A stretch of 64,000 nt of DNA, from the NCBI GenBank assembly GCA_030390025.1, contig CM059433.1, positions 14,014,001 to 14,078,000 of the forward strand, written 5' to 3'. This DNA comes from Squalus acanthias (lineage: Eukaryota). A program made the translations under genes and the position numbers. The notes under the pieces were generated by a model. The model saw only the letters and a program-made list of their open reading frames with translations. It was not told where the DNA came from and searched no databases. Shown here one piece after another: positions 11,266 through 24,649 of this stretch. Each line of letters opens with the position of its first letter. Position 1 is the first letter of the stretch.

Positions 11266-13033
11266 ATGGCTGATCCCAGTCCCAGGGAGAGAGCTCGCCG
11301 TTTCAGCGACTAGGCATTGGAGGCATTGGTCGCGGCAGTCGAAAGAAGGAGGGCAGTGCTGTTCCCGGCCACTGGCAGGAGGCCATTGCCCCAGGTCCTC
11401 AGGGCAATGTGGAGGGAAATGGCCCAGGACGTCTCGGCCAGCAGTGTGGTCCTCAGGACCCTCACACAGTGCTGTAAAAAAATGCAATGACCTCACTCGG
11501 GTGGTCAGGGTGATTACACACTTCAACAAGTCCCTCATATCAGCATCTGAACCTCAGTCTGTACACACTGCACAAACCACCACACCCCCACCACTCACCC
11601 ACCAAGCATCTCCACCTACTAAAACTCACATCCACATCTCACGCCTTGCCTACAATCACAGCTATTCAACTATGGCAGGCACATCGTTCAAACACATAGC
11701 TGCACACTCACTCACACACTTTCCTTTCGCTTGCAGGCCAAGCTGGCCCACAATAGGAGGGAGCAGCAACGAACAGGCGGGGGTGAAGCGGACATCCAAC
11801 AGCTTACAGACCTGGAGGAGCGAGTGTTGAGAGTCTTTGAGCAGCAGGTGGTGGGCACCGTGGCCGTCGGCGACGTTGACCCCCTTGGCGGCAAAAACGG
11901 TATGTTCATCCCCTCTCCTTCTCTCATCCCACTTCCCCCTCACACCACAAGCCTTTCCCACTTTCCAGCTCATTATACTGTTTGCATTCCTTGCTCCCTT
12001 CCTGCCCCCCTGCCCTCACCTTAACACAAGCCTTGTGCCTTTATGATTTCAGGTAATCAGCAACCAGATGTCCAGCCTGTCCCTGAGCCTCCCAGTGAGA
12101 GTGAGGCGGGAGAAGAGGAGGAGGAGCAAAGCACCGCGTCACTGCATCTCTCACCCAGAGGCACCACCTCAGATACTGGGACTGGGCGATCTTTACTGGG
12201 TGATGCACTGGGGATGAGCGGGCTGCAGCAAGGCCAGGGGGAAAGGGTAGCTCGGGAACCAGCTTCCCGGAGGGCATGTTCGCACGCGAGTTCTGCTACA
12301 CAGGACTCAGATGAGGACCTCGATGGGGAGGCGTTCACAAGAAGGGTGATGGGCATGCACTCCGAGATGATAGGTGCAATGGCAAGGGTGACCGAGAGCC
12401 TGTCAACAATGGCAAGGAGCGTGAAGGAGTCCGCCTCCAACATTACACAGAGCTCTGTGCACACCATGGAGCCCATCATTGGCAGGATGGTGGGCTCCCT
12501 GAGAGACAGTGAGGACCCAAACCTCAAGCCATGTGTCATGGAGCGATGTGGCAGCATCCATTGCAGCTTGATGCCACGCAAGCTCTGACTGCTGCCATCG
12601 TCGCTGGGACCGCCCCAGTCCACCGGGGATCTCACGGTGTCGCAGCAGGCCAGCAAGCTGTGCTCCACCTGATTGCTGGGGTGCTGAGCTGTTGCCCCGG
12701 GGAAGTGGGAGTGGGTCAGTGGAGCAGGAACCTGCTGTCCTTTCTCAGGATGACAGCATTCCTGATCCCACCACTGCCACTCCGCCATTGCCCTTGTCGC
12801 TGCCTGTCAACCAGCCAGGCCAGACTGCTGCCGCCCAGCCTGAGGTGGTGCAGCGTACAGCCGGGCATTCCAGGCCCAGAGCTGGTCGAGGGCGTCCTGT
12901 GGTCTCTGGCACCGACACTCAGCAGCCTTCCACCAGCCCTGCTGCAGACACTGGGGAGACACTACGTAGGAGCAGTAGATTAGGAAAAGGCACTGTAAAG
13001 ATTGGAAGTAAGAGTTTGCACAAGGGTGATTAG
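11266..13033 (+). pseudogene. Harbinger Myb/SANT-like DNA-binding protein, 3 exons (11266-11509, 11737-11899, 12053-13033), disabled
   Basis: MADPSPRERARRFSD*ALEALV..W..RT..QC.KK.NDLTRVVR | AKLAHNRREQQRTGGG..LTDLEERV | acidic exon 3. GT/AG introns, one stop, frameshifts. Confidence 0.85.
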
Positions 13034-13038
13034 TTAAT

Positions 13039-13781
13039 GGCCCAGAAATTGATCTCGCTCTGTTCCCGCGGGGGTAAGGCTTCCCCGCGATCTCTCACTC
13101 CACTTGTGCTTTTTCAGATCCAGCTCGCACGAACTTGATGTTCCAGACATCAGCTGGGCAGTGCTTGCGTATCCCACCGGCGTAGTGAATTCGTGCGAGC
13201 TGTGGGATCACGTGACTCAGTTAGAGCCAATGGCAGCACACCATCTTCCATTCATAAGTTTCACATACGTGATGTGAAATCTATGAATCTTACACCCCCC
13301 CAAAATAACAGCTAAACCTCAATTAAATTTAAAAAAAAACCATCACATTAATAAAATAAGTATAGTTAAATAAAATAACCATTTTAAATAAAAAATAAAA
13401 TTTTTGAAAAAATTTAAAATCTTTTAAAAAGTTATAAAAATAAACTTACCTGTCTTTAAAGTCTCTAAAAAAGATATACCTGTTAAAAAAAATTCAAAAA
13501 AATACTTAATTCACTACTTACCTTGTTAAAAGTGGGTCTTACTCCTCCTTTTTCCATTTCTAAAATCTTCCGTACTTACCTGCGCGTCCAAAGCATGAAG
13601 TGCACAGCGTGCGCGCAGCCTGTAGCGCGCACGCGATGCACCGAGGAACCGCCCCCTTTTCAAAAGACCAATTGCCGGTTTTCAGCGCATGCGCAGGGCA
13701 TGCAGAAAACCGGCAATTGGAGAGTGAATACGCGAGAGTACGCAGTGCGTACTCTCGCGCAGCAGGATGAATTTTTGGCCC
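13039..13781. mobile_element. Harbinger-type MITE nested between the two Harbinger genes
   Basis: TIRs GGCCCAGAAATT / AATTTTTGGCCC, TSD AAT; related to 27629-28365 in opposite orientation. Confidence 0.85.
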
Positions 13782-13927
13782 AATATAGTTGCTGTACATA
13801 TGTGTTTACTGAATGTTGATTAATTAATTTTTTGGAATTTTGCTGATTTTGTGCTGTCTCACATTTCAGCTTTGCACTGTGATATGGCAAGTGAAATGGA
13901 TGGAATCATGGGGATGTGGTGTAGAAT

Positions 13928-15092
13928 TTATTGGAACCGCTGTCTGATCAGGCGGTCATGGACCGCCCTTCCAGAAGGCCGATTGAGTGGCTGCCTCCTC
14001 CCTCGCTGCTGTTCCTCTTCCTCGTCCTCCTCCTTATCCTCCTCCTGTCCCACTTCCTCCTCATGAGGTGGTCCCGCTACGCCTGGTGGCAATGGCTGGG
14101 CCCTCATGATGGCCAAGTTGCGCAGCATGCAGCAGACGACGACGAAAAGGGACACCCGCTCAGCCGAGTACTGGAGGGCTCCTCTTGAGCGGTCATAGCA
14201 GCGGAACCGTTGCTTGAGCACCCTGATGGTCTGCTCGATGATGTTCCTGGTGGTGGCATGGCTCTCATTGTATGAGTGTTGAGCAGCAGTGTTGGGGTTG
14301 CGGAAGAGGATCATGAGCCAGGTGGAGAGCGGAGAGCCCTTGTCTCCGATCAGCCAGCCGCAAGCTTGATGTGGTGGCTGGAAGAGTGCTGGCGCAGGAT
14401 GAAGGCATCGTGGCTGCTGCCAGGATAGCGGGCATTGACGGTGAGGATTCGCTGTCTGTGGTCGCACACCAACTGCACATTAAGTGAGTGGTATCCTTTG
14501 TGGTTACAGAATACCTTAGGATTGTTATGGGGTGCTCGCAAAGCCACGTGGGTGCAGTCAATGGCGCCCTGCACCATGGGGAAGCCTGCTATCCTGGCAA
14601 AGCCACATGCACGCTCGTCCTGCTTCTCTCTGGTGATGGGGAAGGAAATGTAGTCCCTTCTCCTTTTCTCCTACTGTAGAGAGCCTCTGTGACCTCCCGG
14701 ATGCAGCGATGGACGGCGAACTGCAAAATGTTAAATATGTCCCCTGCTACAGACTGGAAGGATCCGCTGGCGTGGAAATTGAGGGTGACGGTGACCTTGA
14801 CTGCCACTGAGAGAGCCATGGTGGTCCTGATCTGAGGCTCGAGGTCTGGCTGCAGGAGGTGGCAGAGCTCTGTGACCACGGCCTTGTTGAAGCGGAGCCT
14901 TCTAAGACACTGCTCCTCAGTTAAATTCATGTAGAAGAAGTGCTCCCGGAATACCCTGGGAGGGTAAAGCCTCCTGTTGACAGCCCAGTTGGCCCTCCTC
15001 CCTCTGGCCACATTTTCCAATCTTTGTCTCTGCCTCCGATGCCTCCGACGTTGACGCTGGAGGGCGAGGTCAAGCGCCAGTACAGCCCCCAT
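13928..15092 (-). pseudogene. Harbinger (HARBI1-like) DDE transposase, frameshifted
   Basis: GAIDCTHV, YPGSSHDAFI, LIGDKG, TRNIIEQTI..LKQRFRC and CCMLRNL motifs across ORFs 14589-15104, 14350-14577 and 13928-14467. Confidence 0.92.
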
Positions 15093-15186
15093 TAACGTAT
15101 CCAAGTGTAGGAGTTCGAAATCTCAGCACATTGAGGCTGACAAATTTTTAGCAGCCAGAACACTCCTGAAAGTAATAAATGTTTAC

Positions 15187-15660
15187 CTCAGCCGTGGCTC
15201 AGTGGGTAGCACACTCGCCTCTGAGTCGGAAGGTTGTGGGTTCACAGTCCCCACTCCAGGGACTTGAGCACATAAAGCTAGGCTGACACTCCAGCGCAGT
15301 GCTGAGGAAGTGCTGCATTGTCGGAGGTGCCATCTTTCGGATGAGAAGTTAAACTGAGGCCCTGTCTGTTCTCTCAGGTGGATGTAAAAGATCCCATGGC
15401 ACTATTTCGAAGAAGAGCAGGGGAGTTATCCCCGGTGTCCTGGCCAATATTTATCCCTGAACCAACATAACAAAAACAGATTATCTGGTCATTATCACAT
15501 TGCTGTTTGTGGGAGCTTGCTGCGCACAAATTGGCTGCCGCGTTTCCCACATTACAACAGTGACTCCACTTCAAAAGTACCTTCATTGGCTGTAAAGCGC
15601 TTTGAGACATCCGGTGGTCGTGAAAGGCGCTATAGAAATGCACGTCTTTCTTCTTCTTCT
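15187..15660 (+). mobile_element. Full-length tRNA-headed Deu-domain SINE (SacSINE1/AmnSINE-like)
   Basis: A/B-box head GTGGCTCAGTGG..GGTTCA; Deu core CTTTCGGATGAGA..AAAAGATCCCATGGCACTATTTCGAAGAAGAGCAGGGG; L2-like tail. Confidence 0.85.
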
Positions 15661-17119
15661 TTCACTGAAAACAGCTGTTTCCCTTTATCAAACTGAGAAG
15701 GCAGTATTGATTGGCGACTAAAATCAAACCGGATGTTGATGCCTTTAAATACCGCTCCTACAGCGGCCGTCCGACTGCATCACGCCTCCTCTTCCTGCCG
15801 TTGTTCATACCAGGCGCTAAAGCAGGGGGCGGCAGTCAATTTTGCATCTGGGTCATTAACGGGACGTTCCACACGCGTTGACATCACGATCTGGCAGCCG
15901 CTAAAGGCGTAGGCGCTAAATGTTTTCGGCAGCGCTAAATCCCGGGTGAATGTCGCTTGCGGCGTTAGATTCACTGCGCCCCGCCGCAAACCCATTAGCG
16001 CCACGTTAGCACCCCCACCAGGTGCCAACAGGAGGCGCTAACAGGCATAAATTCTCCCCCTAGGTGTCTACACTCTGGAAGATATATCTGGAGAACATGC
16101 TTATTCAATTTTGAACTGGCATGGGGAGAAAGTGAGAGTGACTTGGAAATAATAACAGACTAAGCACTTACCATGTCCAGTTATTACACAACAGCAGCCA
16201 ACAAAGCAAAGAGAATGCTTAGCTATACTGCCAAATCAATAGAGCATAACGCTGAAGTGATCACGTTGAAGCTCTCTAATGATCTGGTCAGACCTCAGCT
16301 TGAGTAGTGTGTTCAATCCTGGTAACAGGTGCAAGGGAAACACCCAAGCCTTGGAAGCTGTGCAGAAAGCGGTCACAAGGCCGACCCTCAATGTCAGAGA
16401 ACTGCTTTATGATGACTCCAGCTTTGACTGCATTTGAATGAGGAGGGACCTTATCAAAATATATAAGATACTAATTGGAACAGAAAAGGTTAATCCTGAG
16501 CACTATTTCGAGGTAAGGGAACATAGGTACAAACAAGTAAAAGGCAAGTTCAGAACTGATGTCAGCAAGCACTTATTACCTGGAATGGTCTTCTACATAG
16601 TTTAGTGGATGAAAAAAATATAGAATTATTCAAGATTACTACCGATTTAGTTCTATGGCTGAATAGGAGTTAGATCAAATTTGAAGCTAAAAAAAAGCAT
16701 TTAGCACTTACAGGGCATGAATAAAAAAAGTAATCCAAAACCCATATAATGAATGTCGTACAGTTACAAAAAGGGAGATTGAAAAGATGAAGAAGGAGTT
16801 GAGTTGAATTTGCATTGTGTAGTCTGAGATTGTGCAGCCTAATTTCCCAGGCTGCGCGAGTACAGTTCAGTAAGCTGTATTGATGGAATATTTTTCTTCA
16901 ATTTTTAGAAATTTATGCTCAGTAGTTTTATTGCAAATAATTTTAACAAAGTGGACAAATCTCAAGCTCTATTTGAGGTAAAATCTATATTGAGTGTTTT
17001 TTTTTAAAGAGAGAAGCTGAGCATGTGTTTGTGTATGTGTAAGAGAATGAACAGAAATAGAGAGACAGTGATACGGGAGCAGGAAGATCATGGGAGTTAG
17101 AGAGACAAAGACGGGTTTT

Positions 17120-17281
17120 AAACAGAGAGATAGAGTGACAGAGAGACAGAGACAGACAGAGAGAAACAGACAGACAGAGAGAGACAGACAGACAGAGAGA
17201 GACAGACAGACAGAGAGAGAGAGATAGAGATAGATAGATAGAGAGGGAGAGAGATAGATAGATAGAGAGAGATAGATAGAT

Positions 17282-17330
<49 letters not shown>

Positions 17331-17426
17331 TAGATAGATAGAGATAGAGAGATAGATAGATAGATAGAGCGATAGAGATAGATAGATAGATAGAGAGATA
17401 GATATAGATAGATAGATAGTTAGATA
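17120..17426. repeat. Compound (AG)n/(GACA)n/(GATA)n microsatellite
   Basis: Directly visible tandem repeats. Confidence 0.95.
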
Positions 17427-18267
17427 GAGGTTAAATTCAACTTCAACAGGGGCACAAAAAGCAGTAATGAATTGACCACCCGTTATACACCCTGCCCAAT
17501 TCAACTTTCCATTGAAGTTAAAGGGCTGGATTTTGATACTGGGGCGGGTTGGGGTCGTGTCATCCACTTTTCGTGTTATCCACCCGACTGCAATTGGATG
17601 TGGGAGATTGATGCAATTTTCACCTAATTGGGCAATTGAGTTCCAGCATGTGGGAACCCATGAACCAATTAGTGTTTTCAGTCTAAAAGTCGCCTTTGAT
17701 GATGTCATCATTGCTGCTGCATTGAAGGTCTTCAAAGACTGCCTGGCCTTTGCTGTGAGAGGACCTGGATGCAAAATGAGCAGCAGCAGTCCTAAGTCTG
17801 CTCCCAGATATTTTTACACCACTACTCCCAGATATGTCTCCTCTCCATCCATATATACATCCATCCACATATGCATCCCCATAGCCAGCCAGCCAGCCAG
17901 GTTTCACATTTGTGGTTCAGAACAGGCGTGCTTCACGTAGAACAAGGGTTAAAATCACAAAGGCCTTTCAAAATGGCATTATAGAGGCAATTTAGTGCTT
18001 GTTAAGGGCCTTAACAGCCTATCCCGCTTCTTAGAGACGGGATGGAGTCGGGACCAGCAGACACGATTTAATGAAAATTGCGTGGAGGCGGGATGGAGGC
18101 GGACTTGTGCCCGCCCGCCAGTTTTCGCAATTTTAACCCCCCACACGCCTCCAAACCCGCCTCCACGGGTCAATGAAAATCCAGCCCATTGATCGAGCAG
18201 GGTGTAAAATGGGTGACGGACCTACTACTGCCCATGTTGCACCACTCCTGAAGTTGAATTCTACCCC
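17427..18267. mobile_element. Short hairpin MITE split by a younger MITE
   Basis: Outer ends GAGGTTAAATTCAACTTC / GAAGTTGAATTCTACCCC; internal ACACCCTGC / GCAGGGTGT arms. Confidence 0.6.
17523..18187. mobile_element. Harbinger-type MITE (family shared with 25350-26020)
   Basis: Perfect 12-bp TIR GGGCTGGATTTT / AAAATCCAGCCC; colinear with 25350-26020. Confidence 0.85.
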
Positions 18268-18908
18268 CTAGAGTCTTTCTTCATTCTAACAGTTCCATTT
18301 TTCATATTTTGAAGCCAACAAATGATCTCATTTGTGTTTTGTTGACAGTTAGAAAATATAAATACAAATTATTTACAGCAGTGGGGCAGAGATTCTAATT
18401 CTTAACATCTGTGATACAAAGAAAGAAATAAAGAGAGAGAGAAAAACAGGCAGTGTACTTTCTCAATCTAATTTTTGCTTCAACAAACAATAGGAAGAGA
18501 GGCTTGGAGAAGCTGATAAATAGGTTGAAGGTGAGGGGGCCTGTGGCCACCTGCACGTGTGGGGAGCAAGTGAGAATGGGGTAGAGAATGGAGTGTTCAT
18601 GGTGAGATGTTTGACAGCAGAGCAAGGGGGCTGGAAGTTTACAATGGTTGAATGGGTTGTTCAAAGAGGAAGAAAAGGGGGTAGAAATGGAAGTGAGGGG
18701 TGGCTAAAGGAATGTGAAGTGAGCCACCGAGGGTCATATTTTGTTCACAGCCACAACTCCAAATGGAGCCTGCAGCCATTGATGGTTCCTTTCCTTGGCA
18801 CAGCATGCCATGCTACACACCTGAAAGAAAAGAAGAACAAGAAATAGAGAAGCTGAAGAGGACAGAGAAAGAAATAAAGAGTTAGGGAAAGAGAAGTGTC
18901 TAATAATT

Positions 18909-19320
18909 GTCAGAACTGGAAAATGTTACAGATGTAACAGGTTTTAAGCAAGGACAGAGGCAGGGAAAGGGAGGGATTGGAGGAAAGAACAAAAGGGAAA
19001 GGGTGGAAGGCAGGAGTGAGCAAATGGCAAAAGTGATAATAGTGCAAGGTGAAAGAGGGTGGTAATGGGACAAGAAAAGAAACAAAAGATGGGTCGAGAG
19101 GAGCTGTAAATGGCAGAGCCATTACCAGCACCTGCTGTCTGAGAAAATGGTAGCAGTGGTTATGATCTGAAGTTGTTGAAATCAATGTTGAGTCCGGAAG
19201 GTTGTAAAGTGCCAAATCGAAAGATGAGGTGCTTGTTCCTCAAGCTTACGTTGAGCTTCCTTGGAACAGTGAAGGAGGCCCAGGACAGAGAGGTCAGAAT
19301 GAGAGTGGGGCAGAGAATTA
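18909..19320 (-). mobile_element. Penelope-like element: GIY-YIG C-terminus and 3' UTR
   Basis: Minus strand reads PHSHSDLSVLGLLHCSKEAQRKLEEQ (frameshift) HLIFRFGTLQPSGLNIDFNNFRS; UTR matches 38520-38690. Confidence 0.8.
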
Positions 19321-20653
19321 AAATAAATTAAAAACTGTTGATTAGTGACTTGTGTCATCCACTTTGATATCATAAACCCAATTTAATTTAAAGAATGGTC
19401 AAATACAAGATGCAGTGCAATCATTGGTATAGTCACTTAAGCTATCTTGGTTTCAGTTAGGGTCCTCTTGTTTTTACATTTCTGATCCATTCTTAATAAA
19501 ATCAAGAATTTATTACTGGTATTCCAGGCTGCTACAGGCTACTACCCATAACTACTATGAGCTTCACTGTGCTGAAATATAATTCTCATCTATTCTATTC
19601 ATAAATATGATTTAGAAAATCACAGGCCATAAATCTTTGGTGTGCAGACAAACAGTTAACGGGGGATATGATGCATAATGTGTATAAAATGGCTCCAGTA
19701 TTCAAATCTGTATCAATGTATATAGGTCAATTCGTGAAACTATCACTGCAATCATCATACGTATTACACTGTAATCAATTTAAACATAAACTTTACACAC
19801 CAATTTTTTGGAATTGGGAAAAAAGTGACTCCTAAATTCAAAACTGCACTCATTAACCTGGATGAAGAACAATCACAAGGACAATAGTATTTATATCGCA
19901 ACCCTATAATAATGACCTCTTAAGATCAATATAGAACACCCCTCCAGCATATCTCACTGATTTCTCACAGCTTTCCGCCAGTATAAGAAGTCTGAAAAAA
20001 AGAAATTAAAAACGCATTTTACCTTTCTGCTCATAGGCTAGTTTAAGTGGGCCTAAGGTCATTTATGCTGGATAACCACAAGTTGGCTGGAGTGGGTTAT
20101 ATGCCAAAGAGAGACTTGGCAAGGCATTCGTTTCAGTGCAGCAGCTTGAATGAGTGCTGCTATTGATGATATACTTGAATAAGTGGTGATTAATGAGGTA
20201 TTAAACTGACATGTTGAGCTGAACAATAAATGGATTAGTCTTTTAAAGCTGAAAATGTGTGGCAGGCAGCCTATTTCATATGCATTCTGGACTGTAACAA
20301 AATCTCCCTTATTATAATAGAATACTTCCATCGCAATAAATGAGTTATTATAATTATTATTCCTGATATATTTATATAGCACAAACATTTAATTAAATAT
20401 ACACGGCTTAGGGAAGTAGATTACATTAACCTTGTGAGTGCTACTGTTGCAGCACCTGAAAATACAGCAAAGTTCAGATTTTTTTTTAAAAAGCACTATT
20501 TATTAAAAGACATTTCCAAATATATTTTTATTGCAACTTCATCAGTTGCAACTGACTCAACTTTTAGAACACTATTTTTGAAAGACATAAAAGCTGATTA
20601 TAAATGGGGGATTAATAGATGAGAGACAAAAACACCGTGCTACAACAGATATT

Positions 20654-20910
20654 CACAGAATCACAGAATCACAGAATCCCCACAGCGCAGATAGAGGCCA
20701 TTTCGGCCCATCGAGCCTGCATCGACACATATCCCACCCTATCCCCTTAACCCCACGTATTTTAATCCCCCTAACACTAAGGGTCAATTTATCATAGCCA
20801 AATCAACCTAACCCGCACATCTTTGGACTGTGGGAGGAAACCGGAGCACCCGGAGGAAACCCACGCAGACACGGGGAGAATGTGCAAACTCCACACAGAC
20901 AGTCACCCGA
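20654..20910 (-). mobile_element. HE1-type V-SINE, 5' truncated
   Basis: V-domain TGTGTGGAGTTTGCACATTCTCCCCGTGTCTGCGTGGGTTTCCTCCGGGTGCTCCGGTTTCCTCCCACAG and (ATTCTGTG)n CR1-type tail. Confidence 0.9.
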
Positions 20911-21337
20911 TATTGTGGGACATCCAAGCTGTTTATAAAAAGGGATTTACTTTACTGCTTTGGGAGTGCTAAAAATTTGTTTTGACTGGCACCGTGCCAA
21001 AGGGAAATGGTGAACACAATCCATGGGGCTTCTATTATTGGGGAATAATACTTGAAGAACAAAAATGGAAATGATGTATTGGTTAGTCAATGAAGTTAAA
21101 GGTCATCTCTGGATTTCCTGAACCGTGATGGAGAATGGTTCTCATCACCACAGCGGTTGAATCCTGATTTCCTGCTCACGTGAACTATCCTTCATTCAGT
21201 CAGTCTCGACAGGATCAGAACACATTTTATCTCTCTCTCTCTCGCACATGCAAACTCAAACACACAGACAAAATCACTTTTTTTTTTAAAAAGCACAAGA
21301 AGAAAATGTTGCTTTCACGATAAGTTACGGGGTTTAC

Positions 21338-21395
21338 CTGCTTGATCTTTAAAGATTTTTGATATGACAACCGGTACGCTGTGTTCAGCACCCCC
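21338..21395 (-). CDS. SNTG2: Gamma-2 syntrophin coding exon (58 nt, PDZ domain)
   Basis: TTTTTAG acceptor, GTAAAC donor; GGAEHSVPVVISKIFKDQA plus 1 nt; follows a 94-bp intron. Confidence 0.95.
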
Positions 21396-21489
21396 CTAAA
21401 AAACACAGAGAAAACAATGAGAAACCATTACACGCGTTACCACAGAATGCTGTTGTTGTAAAAAATAGGTCACAGAGAAAGGCACTTAC

Positions 21490-21546
21490 CTTAATACTTA
21501 GACCCATTCCACCAACAGGCTGTCTGCGAAGTGTAACAGTTCTGTG
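21490..21546 (-). CDS. SNTG2: Gamma-2 syntrophin coding exon (57 nt, start of PDZ domain)
   Basis: TTTAAAG acceptor, GTAAGT donor; HRTVTLRRQPVGGMGLSIK, in frame with the 48.4 kb exon. Confidence 0.95.
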
Positions 21547-24002
21547 CTTTAAAAAATCGTACAAACACTAAATTTAGTAGCATTACAAGAAAAGACAATA
21601 TACACACGACTCAGGAACAAACATGTTCTGCTTGTTACTCTTTACTAAGCCACGCGTCAGGACTGGTACAAATAATTAACATATCATTTTGAATAATTTT
21701 GCGAATCGAATATCTAAACCAAGCTGGATCAAGAGAGAAAGTTATTAATGCAGTTTGAGGGTTGTGTCACTTGAAATATGCAAAGATGAAATCAAGATCC
21801 TATGCGTTCCTTCACGATGGACATGTTTCTGGATTGTTATGTATTTGTGAATCCTTCCCACCTATTTCCTTAAATTTGGGAGTGTAATGGGGCTACACAC
21901 TAAACCTCCAGTGCAATATGCCGCAGAATGATAAGAAGGGGTTTGTGTTCAAAATGTTCCGTAGTTGCTCTCCTGCGGGGAGATTTTCCCTGACTCAGCT
22001 GGGCGGGAACAAGGTAACAGTGCCCGAAAGTCACAGGGAAAAACTCACCACCCTGTTCCCACTTCTGATCCGGCCAGTGCCATCCTGGAAGGGGCCTAAC
22101 ATTGGGAGGCTAGAGCGCCCGCCTGTTACAGGTGCTTGGCTTTTTTAACATGCAAATTAGGGCCCTTTGACGTACATTGGACCCTGATCTCTATTCTGGG
22201 GAACAACTGCCCTGTTTAATGCGGCGGTACAGCAGAAGAAGACCAACAATGATAGGTTTAACATTATTTTTGCATGGCCAGAAGGAGCGCTCCTCTGAGT
22301 TCCACAAGAATAATGTGGTCGGCTGCTGTTCCTGGCTCCCCTCCTCTGCGATCGCCACATCTCCCCTCCTCCCCCCACCTCCACCCCGGACTTAGCTTGC
22401 TGCCGGCCCAGCTGGCCCAGTATTACAGCGGTCTGGAGCTGATGAGCTGTAAAGGGGATGCTTATTTGAGGCCCATAGCCTGCCGATGAGATGTTAATGA
22501 GGCCATGGGCCTCCAACTGGTCTGAGCCACCCAGCTTACACTATTGGCCGGTCAGAGGGCTCCACTGACTGGTCGTCTGATAAATAACATCTATCCCCTT
22601 TGATCTCCCTGGTGCCATTACAAAGCCGTGCTAAGTGGATACCAAGTGCTTCTCTGCAGATACAAGCAGCAAATCAACCCGGGCTTCTCTTGGGCACCTT
22701 CGGGTAGCCAGAGGCTCCTGAGAGAGTCCTGGTGCATGTGCCTGGTAGAACCAGAGAAGGAGAAACAACAGAAGCAAACAAAAGGCAAAATGAAAAAACT
22801 GTACTTCAGATAAATGTCTGTACGAACTGCTATCTTCAGTTTAATAACCTTTCCCAATAATGAAACATTTTTAAAATATGGATGGATTTCAGTAACAATA
22901 TTATCAAAATTTATAAAACAACTCAAAGAGCAGAACTAGAAGATAACTGCACCAAGAGTAAAGACCAGGTTGCCTTATGTAAGGAATACAAACACAATGG
23001 TTGTTATTCAGGCTTGGAAATCAAAATAGCGAAAGAAAAAAAAATCCAATAGAAGGCTTGTCTACAAATCTTTGATATAGGCATTGTTTAATTTGCACTA
23101 CATCTATATGCTGTCCTCTGGCTGATTTTGACACAGGATCATTGGTGAAATAATTACTGCAGCAAAAAGTAATCAGTTCCAAAAGAAGTAAAGGAATGAC
23201 AGCTATTCAACGCAATCCAACAGACCCACAAAAAGGAATGCTGCAAATTGAAAAGGTGAGATTCAGATACATTAAATGGGCATGTTGCAACAATGCATTA
23301 ATCAAACACACTAATGTTTTATTCATACTCACACCTGGATGACACTGGTAGACAAGGCATCAATTATAAGAGAATGTCTACTGCATCTACACTGTTACAG
23401 TCCTCAGGTATTAAAGTCCAGTCACATCAGGACAGTTGTTTATTGATTATTCATGTCATAATACATGAAGGATAAACACAATATGCCTTCTATAACTGTG
23501 TCTATGGTGGGGGGAGTTAGCAGCTTTCATTTCTAGCTCTGAGAATGACTTGTTTTAAAATAAAGTTCAACACAAATCATAAATGTGTCAAAGATGAATA
23601 TTCTGTGAATGAAACTGGAACTTTCCTAATTTTGGGCCATTTAAAATTTCAATTCAATATGTCAATATAGTTATTATAATAGTACAATAGAATTGCCCCA
23701 TATTAATTTTGATCAAAAATGTATTCCATTCCAAAGATACAGCCTCACCACAAATTCTTTGAAGTGTACTCCAATAATTTATATAGAGAAAAAAAAATCC
23801 TTTCAGTCCTGCATAAACCTTATCTTAGTTAATTATATGCTTAATCAGGGAATTTAAAAAAAACCTGCATAATCAGCATAGCATTGAGGCACATTTTAAA
23901 TGATTCACATATTTTTATAAGTATGTATTTATAGCATTTTATCTAACATTTTCCAATTGAAAATCAGTTTTGTAAAATTAGTATTTTCTGCATTGGGCAG
24001 AA

Positions 24003-24237
24003 GTGCTCCCCTCCAAGTCACACACCAACCGGACTTGGGAATATATTGCCGTTCCTTCATTGTCGCTGGGTCAAAATCCTGGAACTCCCTCCCTAACAGC
24101 GCTGTGGGAGTACCTTCACCACACGGACTGCAACGGTTCAAGAAGGTGGCTCACCACCACCTTCTCAAGGGCAATTAGGGATGGGCAATAAATGCTGGCC
24201 TTGCCAGCGATGCCCACATCCCATGAACAAATGAAAA
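24003..24237 (+). mobile_element. 3' end of the LINE family seen at 5950-6908
   Basis: Near identity to 6695-6905. Confidence 0.85.
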
Positions 24238-24649
24238 TCATGACCCTGCCAGGCAGGAAGTGTAAAATACAGGCCAATATGTCTGAAACCCAACATGTAA
24301 GAATAATTTATAAATCAATGGTGGAGGATAAGAGAATTTGCTAAACAAAGGGAGAGAGGATGAAGATATGAGATGACTGACGCACACTAAAAGGTTAGAA
24401 GTTAGAACATTTACAAGATTCATGAATGAAAAATTGTGTAGTTTACTGGAGTTTTATTTGGCAGCAATTCAAGAGTGAATTCTCATTCCAGAGTTTTGGC
24501 ATAACAGTAAAGATACTGCCCCAGAATAGTACAAGTGGGCAAAACTGTTATGCTATGCAGCCAACTTGAGACATTGGATCAATCATACATTGGTGACTGA
24601 AGTACCCAATATAACTGGTTCAAAGGTCATCCTGTCTCTTAACTTCATT

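Larger units (their letters stand above)
10912..16060. mobile_element. Near full-length PIF/Harbinger transposon with two convergent genes
   Basis: Ends GGGCTAGAAATT and AAATTCTCCCCC; contains a Myb/SANT gene (+) and a DDE transposase (-); nested MITE and Deu-SINE. Confidence 0.85.
10560..16640 (+). mobile_element. Old CR1 relic (about 10560-10911 and 16061-16640) split by the Harbinger insertion
   Basis: WAKLWQITFN before 10912 continues after 16060 into LVRPQLE.CVQ, GDLIKIYKIL and KGKFRTDV-type CR1 ORF2 motifs. Confidence 0.6.

Noticed and set aside
15187..15260. tRNA-like sequences (also near 24650, 48810 and 61030)
   Set aside because: They are SINE heads continuous with SINE bodies, not tRNA genes.
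17118..17774. 218-aa ORF
   Set aside because: It runs through a MITE and a (GATA/GACA/AG)n microsatellite; low-complexity artefact.
1..21337. Next SNTG2 exon (DQTGMLFVGDAVLQ-like)
   Set aside because: Not found by eye; it probably lies left of the window.
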